64,000 nt of DNA from Candidatus Latescibacterota bacterium (GCA_965217865.1 CBDCJO010000002.1:256001-320000); one strand, 5' to 3'. Numbered from the stretch's first letter, positions 1 through 11,134 are shown. Notes: generated by a model from the sequence alone, not told the origin. A program made the numbers and translations.

Positions 1-2
1 AA

Positions 3-506
3 CTCCAGCTCGAGGCACAAATCTCCCCTCTGCCACCGGTGGTGCTGGGAGGATTGCTGGTCGTTCCCAAGGGGCTCATCGATGAAATGAGTGGGCGTGA
101 ACCGGCGGGCACAAGAACGGCCGTGGATACGCAGGAATCGGCCGGCCGGGCGCGCAACATCATTATGGAGGTCGAGCGGAGTCTTGGATTTGACCCGACT
201 GACCGGGAGTTCGAGAAACTGGGGTACGACATCGAAAGCCGGGTGCCGGACACGGGCAAGCTTCGATTCATCGAGGTCAAGGGACGGGCCAGCGGCGCCT
301 CAACGATCACCGTCACGCGCAACGAGATTCTGTACTCCCTGAACAAGCCCGAGGACTTCATCCTCGGAATCGTGGAGTTCCAGGACGGCGGCCGGCATCA
401 GGTCCACTACGTTCGCGAACCCTTTCAGCGCGAGCCGGATTTCGGGGTGACGAGCGCCAACTACGATTTTACAGAGCTGCTTGCGCGAGCGGAAGAGCCG
501 TCATGA
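3..506 (+). CDS. C-terminus of SNF2-type helicase with DUF3883 (NOV_C-like PD-(D/E)xK nuclease) domain; runs off the window start
   Basis: Open frame from position 3; motif GYDIES...RFIEVKGR...TITVTRNE typical of DUF3883; lies directly upstream of DUF1156 methylase. Confidence 0.85.
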   Translation, partial: LQLEAQISPLPPVVLGGLLVVPKGLIDEMSGREPAGTRTAVDTQESAGRARNIIMEVERSLGFDPTDREFEKLGYDIESRVPDTGKLRFIEVKGRASGASTITVTRNEILYSLNKPEDFILGIVEFQDGGRHQVHYVREPFQREPDFGVTSANYDFTELLARAEEPS

Positions 507-531
507 AGGGGTCAGCAGAAGACAGAACGGC

Positions 532-3531
532 ATGAAGATCAAGAAGAAGCTGATTGAAGTCGCCTTGCCGCTGGATGCCATCAATAAGGCTGCTGCCTAC
601 GAGAAGATGCCCGGAATCGGGCCACATCCACGAGGCTTGCATCTTTGGTGGTCGCGTAAACCGTTAGCTGCGGCACGGGCGGTGATCTTTGCACAGATGG
701 TGGATGACCCGTCCGGGTATGTGGACGTGCTGCTGTCGGACACGAAAAAAAGGAGGGCTGCAGAGCGAGAGCTCAAGAAGCGCGTTGCGGGACATGCGGC
801 GAAGCGGGCATTGGCCCGCGACGACGCGATCGCCGAACCTCAGCCGACGCTGGAAGAGGTCATCGCTGAGCAGGAGCGTAACCGATTGTTCACCCTACTC
901 GAAGAATTGGTTCTTTGGGAGAACACTACGAGCGAAGAGGTGCTCGAACGGGCGCGGCGGGAGATCCGGCAGAGTTGGCGGCGGGCGTGTGCTGAGAACG
1001 CCGGCCATCCGCGTGCCAGGGAGTTGTTCGATCGTCACAAGCTCCCGGCTTTTCACGATCCGTTTGCGGGCGGAGGAGCGCTCCCGCTGGAGGCGCAGCG
1101 GTTGGGGCTGGAAGCGCATGCCAGCGACCTGAACCCGGTGGCCGTTCTGATCAACAAGGCCATGATCGAGATTCCGCCGAAATTCGCCGGCCGGGCGCCG
1201 ATGAATCCGGAGTTCCGAAAGGACAAGAACCTTTTCTCCCGAGAGGGGAAAGGGGCGCAGGGTTTAGCCGCAGACGTACGCTACTACGGCCAATGGATGC
1301 GCGACCAGGCCGAGAAGCGCCTCGGCCATCTCTACCCGAAAATCGAGGTCACCGCCGAAATGACAAAGGAGCGGCCCGACCTTGAACGCTATAAGGGACG
1401 ACGGCTGACGGTGATCGCCTGGCTGTGGGCGCGGACGGTGAAAAGCCCCAACCCCGCGTTTGCTGATGTCGAGGTGCCGCTGGCATCCACCTTCATGCTG
1501 TCGACGAAGAAGGGGAAAGAGGTTTATGTCGAACCGGTAATCGAGGACCGCGGGTATCGGTTTACAGTGAAGGTAGGCGCACCACCGAATTCTGCTAAGG
1601 CCGGGACGAAGCTATCGCGCGGGGCGAACTTCAAATGCTTAATATCTGGTACACCGATCGGGGGCGACTATATCAAAGCCGAAGGCAACGGCGGGCGCAT
1701 GGATGCACGGCTGATGGCTATCGTGGCCGAGGGCGACCGTGGTCGGGTCTACCTCGCACCGACTACCGATCATGAGCTGGCGGCGCGCCAAGCGAAGCCG
1801 GAGTGGATCCCAGGAAACGAGCTTGTCGGCAAATGCCGGGATCAGCTACCGCTCTACGGTATGAGTACCTTCGCCGACCTCTTCACCCCCCGCCAGCTCG
1901 TGGCGCTGACGACTTTCTCCGACCTGGTGACTGAGGCGCGGGCGCGGGTGGAGTGTGACGCCATCGTTGCTGGCCTCCCCGACGACAACCGACCGCTGCG
2001 CGAAGGTGGTGCAGGGGCAAAAGCCTATGCCGAGGCGGTGGGAGTGTATTTGGCGTTTGCAGTGGATCGTTGTAGCGACTTCAATAACGTCTGCACACGA
2101 TGGGTTCCCGGCAATCAGAAGGTGATGAGCCTATTCGGAAAACAAGCTATCGCTATGATCTGGGATTTTCCGGAAGCAGCCATTCTTCATGAGACGGTCG
2201 GTGGATTCGTTCCTACATCTAGATTCATTGCTGATTGCATTCTGAAACTGCCACAGCAAGGGACTGGGGGAGCCACACAACAAGATGCAATGACGAGCGT
2301 GCAAGCGAACGAAAAAGTAGTTTCAACAGACCCGCCTTACTACGACAACATCTGCTACGCTGATCTGTCCGATTTCTTCTACCTCTGGCTGCGCCGCTCG
2401 TTGCAGCCCATCTTTCCCGATCTCTTCTCCACACTCGCCGTCCCCAAAGCTGAGGAGTTGGTTGCCACCCCCTATCGTCACGGGGGTAAGAAACAGGCCG
2501 AGCAGTTTTTTTTGGACGGTATGACCCGGGTAATGCATCGCGTGGCGGAACAGGCTCACCCGGCTTTTCCCGTAACGATTTACTATGCGTTCAAGCAGTC
2601 CGAGGTCCGGGACGGCACCGGCACTGCGAGTACCGGCTGGGAAACGTTCCTCGACGCAGTGGCTCGTTCCGGCTTCGCGATTAGCGGTACGTGGCCGCTT
2701 CGGAGTGAACAGCAGTATCGAATGAACAGCTTGGCCGCGAATGCCCTCGCCTCCAGCATTGTCCTGGTCTGCCGCCGGCGTCCTTCCAACGCCCCGCTGG
2801 CCAGTCGCCGCGAGTTCATTGTCGCGCTGAAGGCAGAGCTGCCCGCCGCGCTCGCCCAGCTGCAAGCCGGTAACATCGCCCCGGTTGACCTCGCCCAGGC
2901 CGCCATTGGCCCGGGCATGGCGGTCTACACCCACTACGCCAAGGTGCTGGACGCCGAAGGCAACGCCCTCTCGGTGCGCGAAGCGCTGGTGCTGATCAAC
3001 CAAACTCTCGATGAAACGCTGGTCCAACAGGAGGGCGACTTCGACTCCGACAGCCGCTGGGCGTTCGCGTGGTTCGAGCAGTCCGGCTTCGACGAGGGCG
3101 AGTACGGCATCGCCGAGACGCTTTCCAAGGCCAAGAACACGAGCGTCACGGGTATGGTGGAGGCGGGGATTCTGGCCTCAAAGGGAGGGACGGTCCGGCT
3201 GCTGAAGCCCGAGGAACTGTCCGCCGTGTGGGATCCAACAACCGACCCGAGGCTGACCGCTTGGGAGATGGTTCATCATCTCGTACGAGCGCTGGAGACC
3301 GACGGTGAAAGCGCCGCAGCCGAGCTCGCGGCCCAACTCGGCGCCAAGGCCGAGGCAGCTCGCGAGTTGTGCTACCGCCTGTACACGCTATGTGAGCGCA
3401 GGAAACGCGCGGCGGAGGCGCTCTCCTACAACAGCCTGGTGCAGAGCTGGCCCGAGATCAGTCGCTTGGCGCGAGAAGAGCAGAAGGCCGAAGCTGAACA
3501 GACTACCCTGTTTGAGGGTGGGGAGAACTGA
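532..3531 (+). CDS. DUF1156-domain adenine-specific DNA methyltransferase
   Basis: KKKLIEVALPL and LHLWWSRKPLAAARAV N-terminus, DPFAGGGA SAM motif, TDPPYYDN catalytic motif; ATG at 532 preferred over the TTG at 481. Confidence 0.93.
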   Translation: MKIKKKLIEVALPLDAINKAAAYEKMPGIGPHPRGLHLWWSRKPLAAARAVIFAQMVDDPSGYVDVLLSDTKKRRAAERELKKRVAGHAAKRALARDDAIAEPQPTLEEVIAEQERNRLFTLLEELVLWENTTSEEVLERARREIRQSWRRACAENAGHPRARELFDRHKLPAFHDPFAGGGALPLEAQRLGLEAHASDLNPVAVLINKAMIEIPPKFAGRAPMNPEFRKDKNLFSREGKGAQGLAADVRYYGQWMRDQAEKRLGHLYPKIEVTAEMTKERPDLERYKGRRLTVIAWLWARTVKSPNPAFADVEVPLASTFMLSTKKGKEVYVEPVIEDRGYRFTVKVGAPPNSAKAGTKLSRGANFKCLISGTPIGGDYIKAEGNGGRMDARLMAIVAEGDRGRVYLAPTTDHELAARQAKPEWIPGNELVGKCRDQLPLYGMSTFADLFTPRQLVALTTFSDLVTEARARVECDAIVAGLPDDNRPLREGGAGAKAYAEAVGVYLAFAVDRCSDFNNVCTRWVPGNQKVMSLFGKQAIAMIWDFPEAAILHETVGGFVPTSRFIADCILKLPQQGTGGATQQDAMTSVQANEKVVSTDPPYYDNICYADLSDFFYLWLRRSLQPIFPDLFSTLAVPKAEELVATPYRHGGKKQAEQFFLDGMTRVMHRVAEQAHPAFPVTIYYAFKQSEVRDGTGTASTGWETFLDAVARSGFAISGTWPLRSEQQYRMNSLAANALASSIVLVCRRRPSNAPLASRREFIVALKAELPAALAQLQAGNIAPVDLAQAAIGPGMAVYTHYAKVLDAEGNALSVREALVLINQTLDETLVQQEGDFDSDSRWAFAWFEQSGFDEGEYGIAETLSKAKNTSVTGMVEAGILASKGGTVRLLKPEELSAVWDPTTDPRLTAWEMVHHLVRALETDGESAAAELAAQLGAKAEAARELCYRLYTLCERRKRAAEALSYNSLVQSWPEISRLAREEQKAEAEQTTLFEGGEN

Positions 3532-5477
3532 GCGGATAGTCACTCTGATACCACTCGGTACGCTTACTTCAAAGCGTCGAAGCAAGTCGGACGACCTGGG
3601 ATTCAAAGTGCGAAGGGGTGTTGATGTTTTTCCATCGGTAGGCGACCCCGTGTTACTTCCGACAGATGTCCAGCTACGCGCACTGATTGAGGGTGAGAGC
3701 GGCGATGTCGGTGGACGTATCCAGATTGGAGTATGCCCGACGGCTGGCGGCGAGCCCGTCCACGTCGATCCGGACAAGCTATTCGGCCGGCACTTGGCCG
3801 TGCTAGGCAATACCGGGGCGGGAAAATCCTGCACGGTAGCAGGATTGGTTCGGTGGTCACACGAAGCCGCGCAAGAGGCACGTGCGGAAGGCAACCCGAA
3901 TGCCAGATTCATCATTCTGGACCACAATGGAGAGTATGCTCGGGCATTCAGCGATCTTAGTCCACGTGTATTTCAGGTGGAGGGCAGTGGCTCCGCAAGC
4001 GCACTCAAGGTACCGGCGTGGCTGTGGAATGGAGAGGAATGGTCTGCGTTTACCGGCGCTGCGCCGGGGGTGCAACGACCGATCCTGTTTGACGCGATCC
4101 GAAGACTAAGGTCTGGCGCTGGTGAACCGGATGCCTTTGCAACGCGGGTTCGCGGACGAGTAAGGCGATATCGCACTGAGCTGTCGCTAAGAATTCAGAG
4201 AGGCGACCACCTGCAACTTGGACGACGAGAGGGCGTCGCTCAGCTGTTGATCAATCTGGCGTCCGATTTCGAAGAACTTGCTGGGGATTCCGAGAACCCG
4301 TTATATATGAATCTACTACAGACAGTCGTCGACTGTTCGCGCAATCTTGAAGAAGCTGCAAGAGGCCAGGAAAAGCAAGACGGAGGCTTTTGGCACAACG
4401 ACTTTGCAGAAGTGAATCTTGGAGAAGTTCAGCAAGCTCTGAAAGCAATGGCACAGCAAGCTGGACTGTCTGATGAGGACATCATCTCCGGAGAGGATAC
4501 CCCGAAGTTCTTCCCCGCTCGGGAGCTTCCTAGGTTCGTGGAGGCACTCGCCGCGGATGCTGCAGGACGCGATGTCTCCCAATTTGTTGACTCGTTGAAC
4601 CTCAGAATTCGAGGCCTATTTGCGGCTGGTCCTCTCGCGTCAATCGCAGACCCTGGTCACGTAGCGTCGTCGCTGGAGGAGTGGCTCAAGGATCACGTCG
4701 GCGCCGACCAGGCTGCGAACGGTCCGCTAGCTGTGCTGGACCTCTCACTTGTCCCGTCCGAGGCCGTACATGTCGTAGTGGCCGTGTTAGCGCGCATGGT
4801 CTTCGAAGCAGTTCAACGCCACAGAAGGTTAACGGGCGGAACTTCCCACAGTGTTGGTGCTTGATGAGGCCCACACATTTGTGCACCGGGAGCTTACATC
4901 CGAGACGGCCACGGCTGCCGGGAGAACATGCTGTCGGATGTTTGAGCGAATTGCGCGAGAGGGAAGGAAATTCGGGCTCGGATTGGTGCTGGCTTCTCAA
5001 CGCCCGTCGGAAATATCGCCGACCGTTCTCTCCCAATGCAACACGTTCCTGTTGCACCGCATTGTCAACGACCGAGACCAAGATTTGGTGAAACGCCTCG
5101 TCCCGGATGGGTTGTGTGATCTCCTTCGAGAACTGCCGAGTCTCCCATCTAGTACCAACCTGCGGAAATTCGCGTAATCTGATTTCCTAGCAAAAACAGG
5201 ATGTTAAGGGCGGATTTGCACGCATAAACTTGCGCAGCTAATTACTAGACGGGCGATTCTTCTGGGCTGGGGAGCACCGGCACCGCTTCTTTCGGAGGTG
5301 CGGGAGCTCCCGAATGCCCACCGCCCGCATTCGCCAGATCCGGCTTTTTGGGATGTCTGGACTGGGACCAAAGAATGCGGAATTGACTGGTCAAAGATTT
5401 CTAATCTCTGGGGTTCATCTCCTGAACCGAAGGGTGCAATACCAAACCCTGAAGCCCCTCACGAGACTCAGGAGTAA
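3532..5477 (+). pseudogene. herA: HerA/DUF87-type ATPase-helicase; 5'-truncated, frameshifted near 4840 and interrupted by a MITE at 5149-5248
   Basis: FPSVGDPV, HLAVLGNTGAGKS (Walker A), VLDEAH (Walker B), RIAREGRKFGLGLVLASQRPSE; no start codon; C-terminus RRAILLGWGAPAP...DPAFWDVWTG resumes after the MITE and stops at 5477. Confidence 0.88.
5153..5244. mobile_element. 92-bp MITE, copy 1, flanked by CTAG duplication (5149-5152 / 5245-5248)
   Basis: Near-identical copy at 21915-22006; imperfect terminal inverted repeats; removal restores the HerA frame (tct aga cgg). Confidence 0.92.
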
Positions 5478-5480
5478 CGT

Positions 5481-8400
5481 ATGGCGATAACGAATCACGA
5501 ACGGGTCGGCAAGGCGCTGGATCTGCTCAAAGCGGGTCTGGGGCCGTTTGTCGAACGCGAGATCAGGAGTGCCTTGGAGTCACGCCAATTGGACGCCCAT
5601 CAATTGCGCGACTACGGGGAAGATCGCGTGTTGGGAAACAAGCCTATCCCTGAGCAGGACGTGGCCGGACTGCTCAAGCTGATGTGGGAAACCTGGAACG
5701 AGGTCTTTCGAAAGATTCTGGGACCGGCGGAGCGGGGTTTCGTCGGCGAGTTGCGCGGCCACCGCAACCAGTGGGCACACCAGGAGAGTTTCTCCAGCGA
5801 TGACGCCTATCGAGCTTTGGATTCGGTGGGCCGACTCCTTGCCGCGGTATCCGCACCGCAGTCAGAAGAGCTCGAGAAGCGCAAGCTGGAGCTGCTGCGG
5901 GTGCGTTTCGACGAACAGACGCGCGGGGAACGGCGCAAGCAGGCGGGAACGGCGATTGAAAGCGCCTCCGCGGCCAGCCTGAAGCCCTGGCGGGAAATCG
6001 TCACCCCCCACAAGGACGTTGCAAGTGGGCGATACCAACAAGCCGAGTTTGCCGCCGATCTCTGGCAGGTGCACCTGGGTGAAGGGACAGACGAGTATCG
6101 AGAACCCGTCGAGTTCTTCCGGCGAACGTATCTGACGGAAAGCCTGAAGGGTCTGTTGGTTGGGGCCATCCACCGTCTTGCAGGCAAAGGAGGCGATCCC
6201 GTCGTTCATCTCCAGACGAACTTCGGCGGCGGCAAGACCCACTCCATGCTGGCCCTGTATCACTTGTTCTCCGGGGTAGCCTCCGGGGAACTGGACGGGA
6301 TCGACCCCGTTTTGCAGGAGGCGGAGGCCACGGAGCTTGCGACGGTTCGCCGGGTCGTGTTGGTTGGAAACAAGATCTCCCCGGGGAACCCGGTCACCAA
6401 ACCGGATGGCACGGTCGTCCGAACACTCTGGGGTGAGCTGGCGTGGCAACTGGGCGGCAAGAAGGCGTTCAAGCGCGTCGCGGCCGACGACGAAAAGGCG
6501 ACCAGTCCAGGCGATGCACTGCGGGAACTCTTCAATGCATATGGTCCTTGTCTGATCCTCATCGATGAGTGGGTTGCCTACGCCAGACAGCTGCACGATC
6601 AGAGCGACCTCCCCGCCGGAGGCTTCGAGACCCAGTTCAGTTTTGCCCAGGTGCTCACGGAATCGGCCAAACTCGCCAACAACTGCCTACTCGTAATCAG
6701 CTTGCCGGCTTCGGACACGGCCAGGTCCCCCCACGCCCAGGCCGATGACGTCGAGGTCGGTGGGCAACGCGGGCGGGAGGCACTCGACCGCCTGCGGAAC
6801 GTCGTTGGGCGTATCGAATCGTCCTGGCGGCCGGCCAGTGCCGAGGAAAGCTTCGAGATTGTTCGCCGGCGGCTTTTCGAGCCCTTCACGGACCCTGTCC
6901 AATTCAGGGATAGGGACGTGGTTGCACGGGCATTTTCCGAGTTCTATCGGACCCAGCAGCAAGAGTTTCCGCCTGAGTGCCGGGACGCGGACTACGAGAA
7001 GCGGATCAAGGCAGCCTATCCGATACACCCCGAGATCTTCGATCGCCTGTACACGGATTGGTCGACGCTGGTGAAGTTCCAGCGCACGCGGGGCGTGTTG
7101 CGGTTGATGGCGGCCGTGATTCACAGCCTGTGGGAGAAAGGCGACAGGAACCCGCTGATTCTGCCGGCGAACATAGCGATCGATGATCCACGCGTACAGT
7201 TCGAGCTGACCCGGTATCTCCCCGAAAACTGGGTGCCGGTAATCGAGAAAGACGTGGACGGGCCCAACTCGCTGCCGCTCAAGATTGACGGCGCGCTTCC
7301 GAACCTGGGAAAGTTCCACGCTTCCAGACGCGTCGCGCGAGCGATTTATCTCGGATCCGCACCCACTGCCGATGCGGCGCATCGAGGTATCGAGGACCGT
7401 CGCGTCAAACTCGGCTGTGTCATGCCGGGAGAGTCTCCAGCGGTCTTCGGCGATGCACTGCGACGTCTGGCGAGTTCGGCGACGTACCTCTACCAGGATG
7501 GTCCTCGTTACTGGTACTCCACGCGGCCAACCGTCACCAAGCTGGCGGAGGATCGCGCCGAGCAGTTGAAGCATAACCCAGACAAGGTAGTGCAGGAGCT
7601 CGGTTGGCGACTCCGCTCGGATCTCCGCAAAACGGGTGACTTCAAACGGGTTCATCCTCTCCCGCAGTCCGGGCAGGACGTTCCGGATGATCGTGAGGCA
7701 CGACTTGTGGTGCTCGGAGTCGACACGCCCTACAGCAAAGAGAAGGGAAACCCCGCAGAGACCACGGCTCAGGCCATCCTGAAATTGCGGGGTAGCGCGC
7801 CGAGGATTTATCGCAACACGCTGGTGTTTCTGGCCGCGGACAAGACGAGGCTGCAGGATCTGGATGAGGCGGCCCGGCGGTACTTGGCATGGGAATCGAT
7901 ACTCGGCGATCGGGAACAGCTCAACCTTCCTCCTGATCAGGTCAAGCAGGCCGAAAACCGAAAGGAAGACGCGTCCAGCGCGGTTACGGCCCGGCTCCCG
8001 GAGACGTACCAGTGGCTCCTGGTTCCGGTTCAGAGCCGTCCCGAGGCCTCGATGGAGTGGCAGGCCATGAGGCTGTCGGGCCAGGATTCGCTCGCAGCCA
8101 AGGCGAGCAAGAAGCTGAAAACCGATGAGCTGCTGGTCACCGGCTTTGCCGCCACTCGGCTACGGATGGAGCTTGATCGCGTGCCTCTCTGGCGCGGCGA
8201 CCACGTGTCGATCCAACAAATCGTCGAGGATTTTGCGCGGTATCTCTATCTGCCACGGGTCAGCGACCCGACGGTTCTGCTGAACGCAATCAGCAACGGA
8301 ATCCCCCTTCTTACCTGGGAACAGGAGACGTATGCGTTCGCGGACAGCTTTGATGATGAGGCAAAGCGATATCGTGGTTTACGTGGTGGGCAAGTGGTTT

Positions 8401-8822
8401 CGTTACCGGATGCAGATGCTCCCGGATTGCTCGTCAAGCCGGATATCGCGCGTCAACAGCTCGATGCCGAGAGGGCACCCTCGGCCAGCAGTAGAGAAGT
8501 CGCCGGCGCAGGGACGGGTGGCGAGAGCCCGGTTCCCGGCGGAGGACCGAGTTCCGGGGAGGTTCCGTCGGGCACACCGCCGCCACAACCTACCCGGTTC
8601 CATGGGACCGTTGCTCTTGATTCCGCCCGGGTAGGCCGCGACGCGAGCCGGATTGCGGATGAGGTGATCTCACATCTTTCCGGCTTGGTGGGGGCTAAGG
8701 TCAAGGTGACCCTCGAAATAGAAGCCGAGGTGCCGTCAGGTGCCCCGGATCAGGTCATTCGCACGGTCACGGAGAACAGCCGGACACTGAAGTTCACGAG
8801 TCAGGGCTTTGAAAAAGAATAA
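5481..8822 (+). CDS. DUF499-family AAA+ ATPase with N-terminal Swt1-like HEPN domain
   Basis: RNQWAH HEPN motif, LKPWREIVTPHKDV, EFAADL, LQTNFGGGKTHS Walker A, ILIDEW Walker B; GGAG upstream of ATG. Confidence 0.93.
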   Translation: MAITNHERVGKALDLLKAGLGPFVEREIRSALESRQLDAHQLRDYGEDRVLGNKPIPEQDVAGLLKLMWETWNEVFRKILGPAERGFVGELRGHRNQWAHQESFSSDDAYRALDSVGRLLAAVSAPQSEELEKRKLELLRVRFDEQTRGERRKQAGTAIESASAASLKPWREIVTPHKDVASGRYQQAEFAADLWQVHLGEGTDEYREPVEFFRRTYLTESLKGLLVGAIHRLAGKGGDPVVHLQTNFGGGKTHSMLALYHLFSGVASGELDGIDPVLQEAEATELATVRRVVLVGNKISPGNPVTKPDGTVVRTLWGELAWQLGGKKAFKRVAADDEKATSPGDALRELFNAYGPCLILIDEWVAYARQLHDQSDLPAGGFETQFSFAQVLTESAKLANNCLLVISLPASDTARSPHAQADDVEVGGQRGREALDRLRNVVGRIESSWRPASAEESFEIVRRRLFEPFTDPVQFRDRDVVARAFSEFYRTQQQEFPPECRDADYEKRIKAAYPIHPEIFDRLYTDWSTLVKFQRTRGVLRLMAAVIHSLWEKGDRNPLILPANIAIDDPRVQFELTRYLPENWVPVIEKDVDGPNSLPLKIDGALPNLGKFHASRRVARAIYLGSAPTADAAHRGIEDRRVKLGCVMPGESPAVFGDALRRLASSATYLYQDGPRYWYSTRPTVTKLAEDRAEQLKHNPDKVVQELGWRLRSDLRKTGDFKRVHPLPQSGQDVPDDREARLVVLGVDTPYSKEKGNPAETTAQAILKLRGSAPRIYRNTLVFLAADKTRLQDLDEAARRYLAWESILGDREQLNLPPDQVKQAENRKEDASSAVTARLPETYQWLLVPVQSRPEASMEWQAMRLSGQDSLAAKASKKLKTDELLVTGFAATRLRMELDRVPLWRGDHVSIQQIVEDFARYLYLPRVSDPTVLLNAISNGIPLLTWEQETYAFADSFDDEAKRYRGLRGGQVVSLPDADAPGLLVKPDIARQQLDAERAPSASSREVAGAGTGGESPVPGGGPSSGEVPSGTPPPQPTRFHGTVALDSARVGRDASRIADEVISHLSGLVGAKVKVTLEIEAEVPSGAPDQVIRTVTENSRTLKFTSQGFEKE

Positions 8823-9039
8823 GTTGAGGATCTCTCCCACCCACAATTCGCGGGCCACGTGTTCGGTCAGCGCGGCCCAGTTCACAGGGGTCGTCCCGCT
8901 GTGGCTCCCAAGTAGGTCCGATTGGTGCGCGATGGGGCTTGAATCTGAGGTCTTCACGGCGGTTGCACTATCCTGGGACGATGGCTTCGCGGATCCCTTT
9001 CACCGGACCACTCAGGCTGGAGAAAGCTTCTCTGGTGGC

Positions 9040-10023
9040 AGCCATGCGCGAAGTTGTAACTACCGGCAACGGGCTCAAGCTGATCCTGGCCTTTACGCAC
9101 TTCGACGAGGTCAAAGGAGATAATCTCCCCAGCGACAAGAGCGTCCTTGAGGAGATATTCGAAGAGGAACTCGACAACCTGTTGAGGGATGATGATACCT
9201 TCCAAAAGGTCGCCGATGCCCTGATGGATGAGATCGAGAAGCGCTTCGATCTGCTCCCTCCGTGGGTAAGGATCTCGGTCCTTATGCAGAGCGCATTTTG
9301 CGGAAGCGTATCAACGAGGCCCGCTTCTTTCTCGCCAACCTCCAGGAGCCCCTTACGGAGGAAACTAGCGCGGGTAGGCGAACCTTGGGTCAGCTCCGAA
9401 AGCTCCTCGGAGCCATCGATCAAGTCGTCGAGAAACCTCAGCTCTCGGAGGCAAAACCGGTTTACGACCGGATGAATCTCGCCCTCGAAATACGTAGTGC
9501 AGCCGAGGCCTTCCACGAGAAATGGCGTTCCAGGCTCGGTCTCGAGTACCGGCCGGAGATCAGGAAAGAACACTGGACACGAGTCAAGGCACTGAACCGT
9601 CGGCTCGCCACGATGGGGATGGATGAGTACGACTCGCTGAAGCCAGTCGCCGACCTCCGGACGGAGTTGATGGAGCGACTCTACGTATTCGTCCAGAATC
9701 CATTGCGCTGGGAAGCACATGAGCCTTCAGTTGAGGAGCGTCAGGGTATTTTTGACAATTTTGCCGACAACCTAAATCGACGTATCCGCGAGCTATCGAC
9801 TCGCCGGGTATGGCTGGAGCGCATGAGCGAGTGGGAGCACGCCTATTACAAATCTGGAAGAGGCTCCACGTTTGACCGAGCCCGCGTTATCGGGAACGAC
9901 ATCTACGAGTTAGCTGCACCGGTTCCGGACAGCACTCCTTTGCCGAACCGCAATCAGTTTCTTCGGGAAGTGGTTGATGAGGTCGATAAGGCGGTGGGGG
10001 AAGTTGGAGCAAAGCTGTTGTAG
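9040..10023 (+). pseudogene. Fragmented P-loop (dynamin/GTPase-like) protein, C-terminal part
   Basis: LILAFTHFDEVKGDNLP (G4-like) in one frame, 253-aa helical C-terminus in another; no N-terminus. Confidence 0.5.
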
Positions 10024-10152
10024 CGAAGAAGTTAAAAAGTATGAGGCCACTTGGCTTTGCGTACGTAATTCATCGTTGGCGGCAGGCCCCCACCACACGG
10101 AGTAAAGCGCAGGTCGCATCGGGCCCTGGCCCCTCCCGAACAGCAGGCTGTC

Positions 10153-11134
10153 TTGGATCTGTTGCACTGCGAACGGTTTATGGATAAAGCCCCTCCTCAG
10201 GTCTGGGCCGAGTTGCTGGATGAAGGCCTGTATTTCTGCTCACTCAGCACGATGTATCGCATCCTGAAGGCACACGAGGAAGTCCGGGAACGCCGAAACC
10301 AGCTCAGACATCCGAACCATCCAGCGCCTCGCCTGGTGGCAACGGCGCCTAACCAGGTGTGGTCTTGGGATATCACGAAGCTGCTGGGGCCTGTCAAGTG
10401 GACGTTCTACTATCTCTACGTGCTCCTGGACATCTACAGCCGCTATGTCGTCGGCTGGATGGTCGCACGCCTGGAATCAGAGGTGCTGGCCAGGCGCCTC
10501 ATCGAGGAGAGTTGTAAAAAACAAGACGTTGTGCCGGGCCAATTGACCCTACACGCTGACCGGGGCGCTTCGATGACCAGCAAACCCGTGGCACTCCTGC
10601 TGGCCGATCTGGGGCTGACCAAATCGCACTCACGACCGCACGTGTCGAACGACAACCCCTACTCTGAGGCGCAGTTCAAGACCCTGAAGTATCGCCCGGA
10701 CTTCCCGGAACGCTTCGCTGGACTCGAACACGCCCGTTCATTCTGCCATGAGTTCTTCACCTATTACAACACAGAGCATCGCCACTCAGGCCTGGGCTTG
10801 CTGACCCCGGAATCTGTGCACTATGGCTACGCCAAGGAAATCCTTGACGCCCGTGAACAGACCCTGTGGCGTGCCTATATCGCCCACCCCGACCGTTTTG
10901 TGCAGGGTCCCCCGCAGCCAACCGACCTGCCTTCCGAGGTCTGGATCAATCCACCCCGGATCTCGGATAAGTCCCAGCAGGATCCAATCGTTATTACGCC
11001 AGGTGATACCAAATCGAACCCGGTCCCGATACCTGCACGGGGATCCACGGTTGCCGATGACACCTCTTATGGAGACGGCCGGAAACTTCACTGAATTCCA
11101 ACTTTCAGTGTCTCAAAATTGTTGAAATGTTCCG
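10153..11134 (+). mobile_element. IS3-family element, 5'-truncated (integrase-core transposase ORF 10153-11094 plus right end)
   Basis: PNQVWSWDITKL, LHADRG, DNPYSEAQFKTLKY rve/DDE motifs; IS-like end tgtctcaaaattgttgaaatgttccg. Confidence 0.85.

Noticed and set aside
3305-3531. Start of the 519-aa ORF as the true HerA N-terminus
   Set aside because: It is an alternate frame inside the DUF1156 gene; HerA-like sequence begins only at about 3532.
6687-7655. Long antisense ORFs (also 2323-3027, 13252-14091, 48350-49384, 59701-60372)
   Set aside because: They shadow well-supported genes on the opposite strand in GC-rich DNA and have no motifs.
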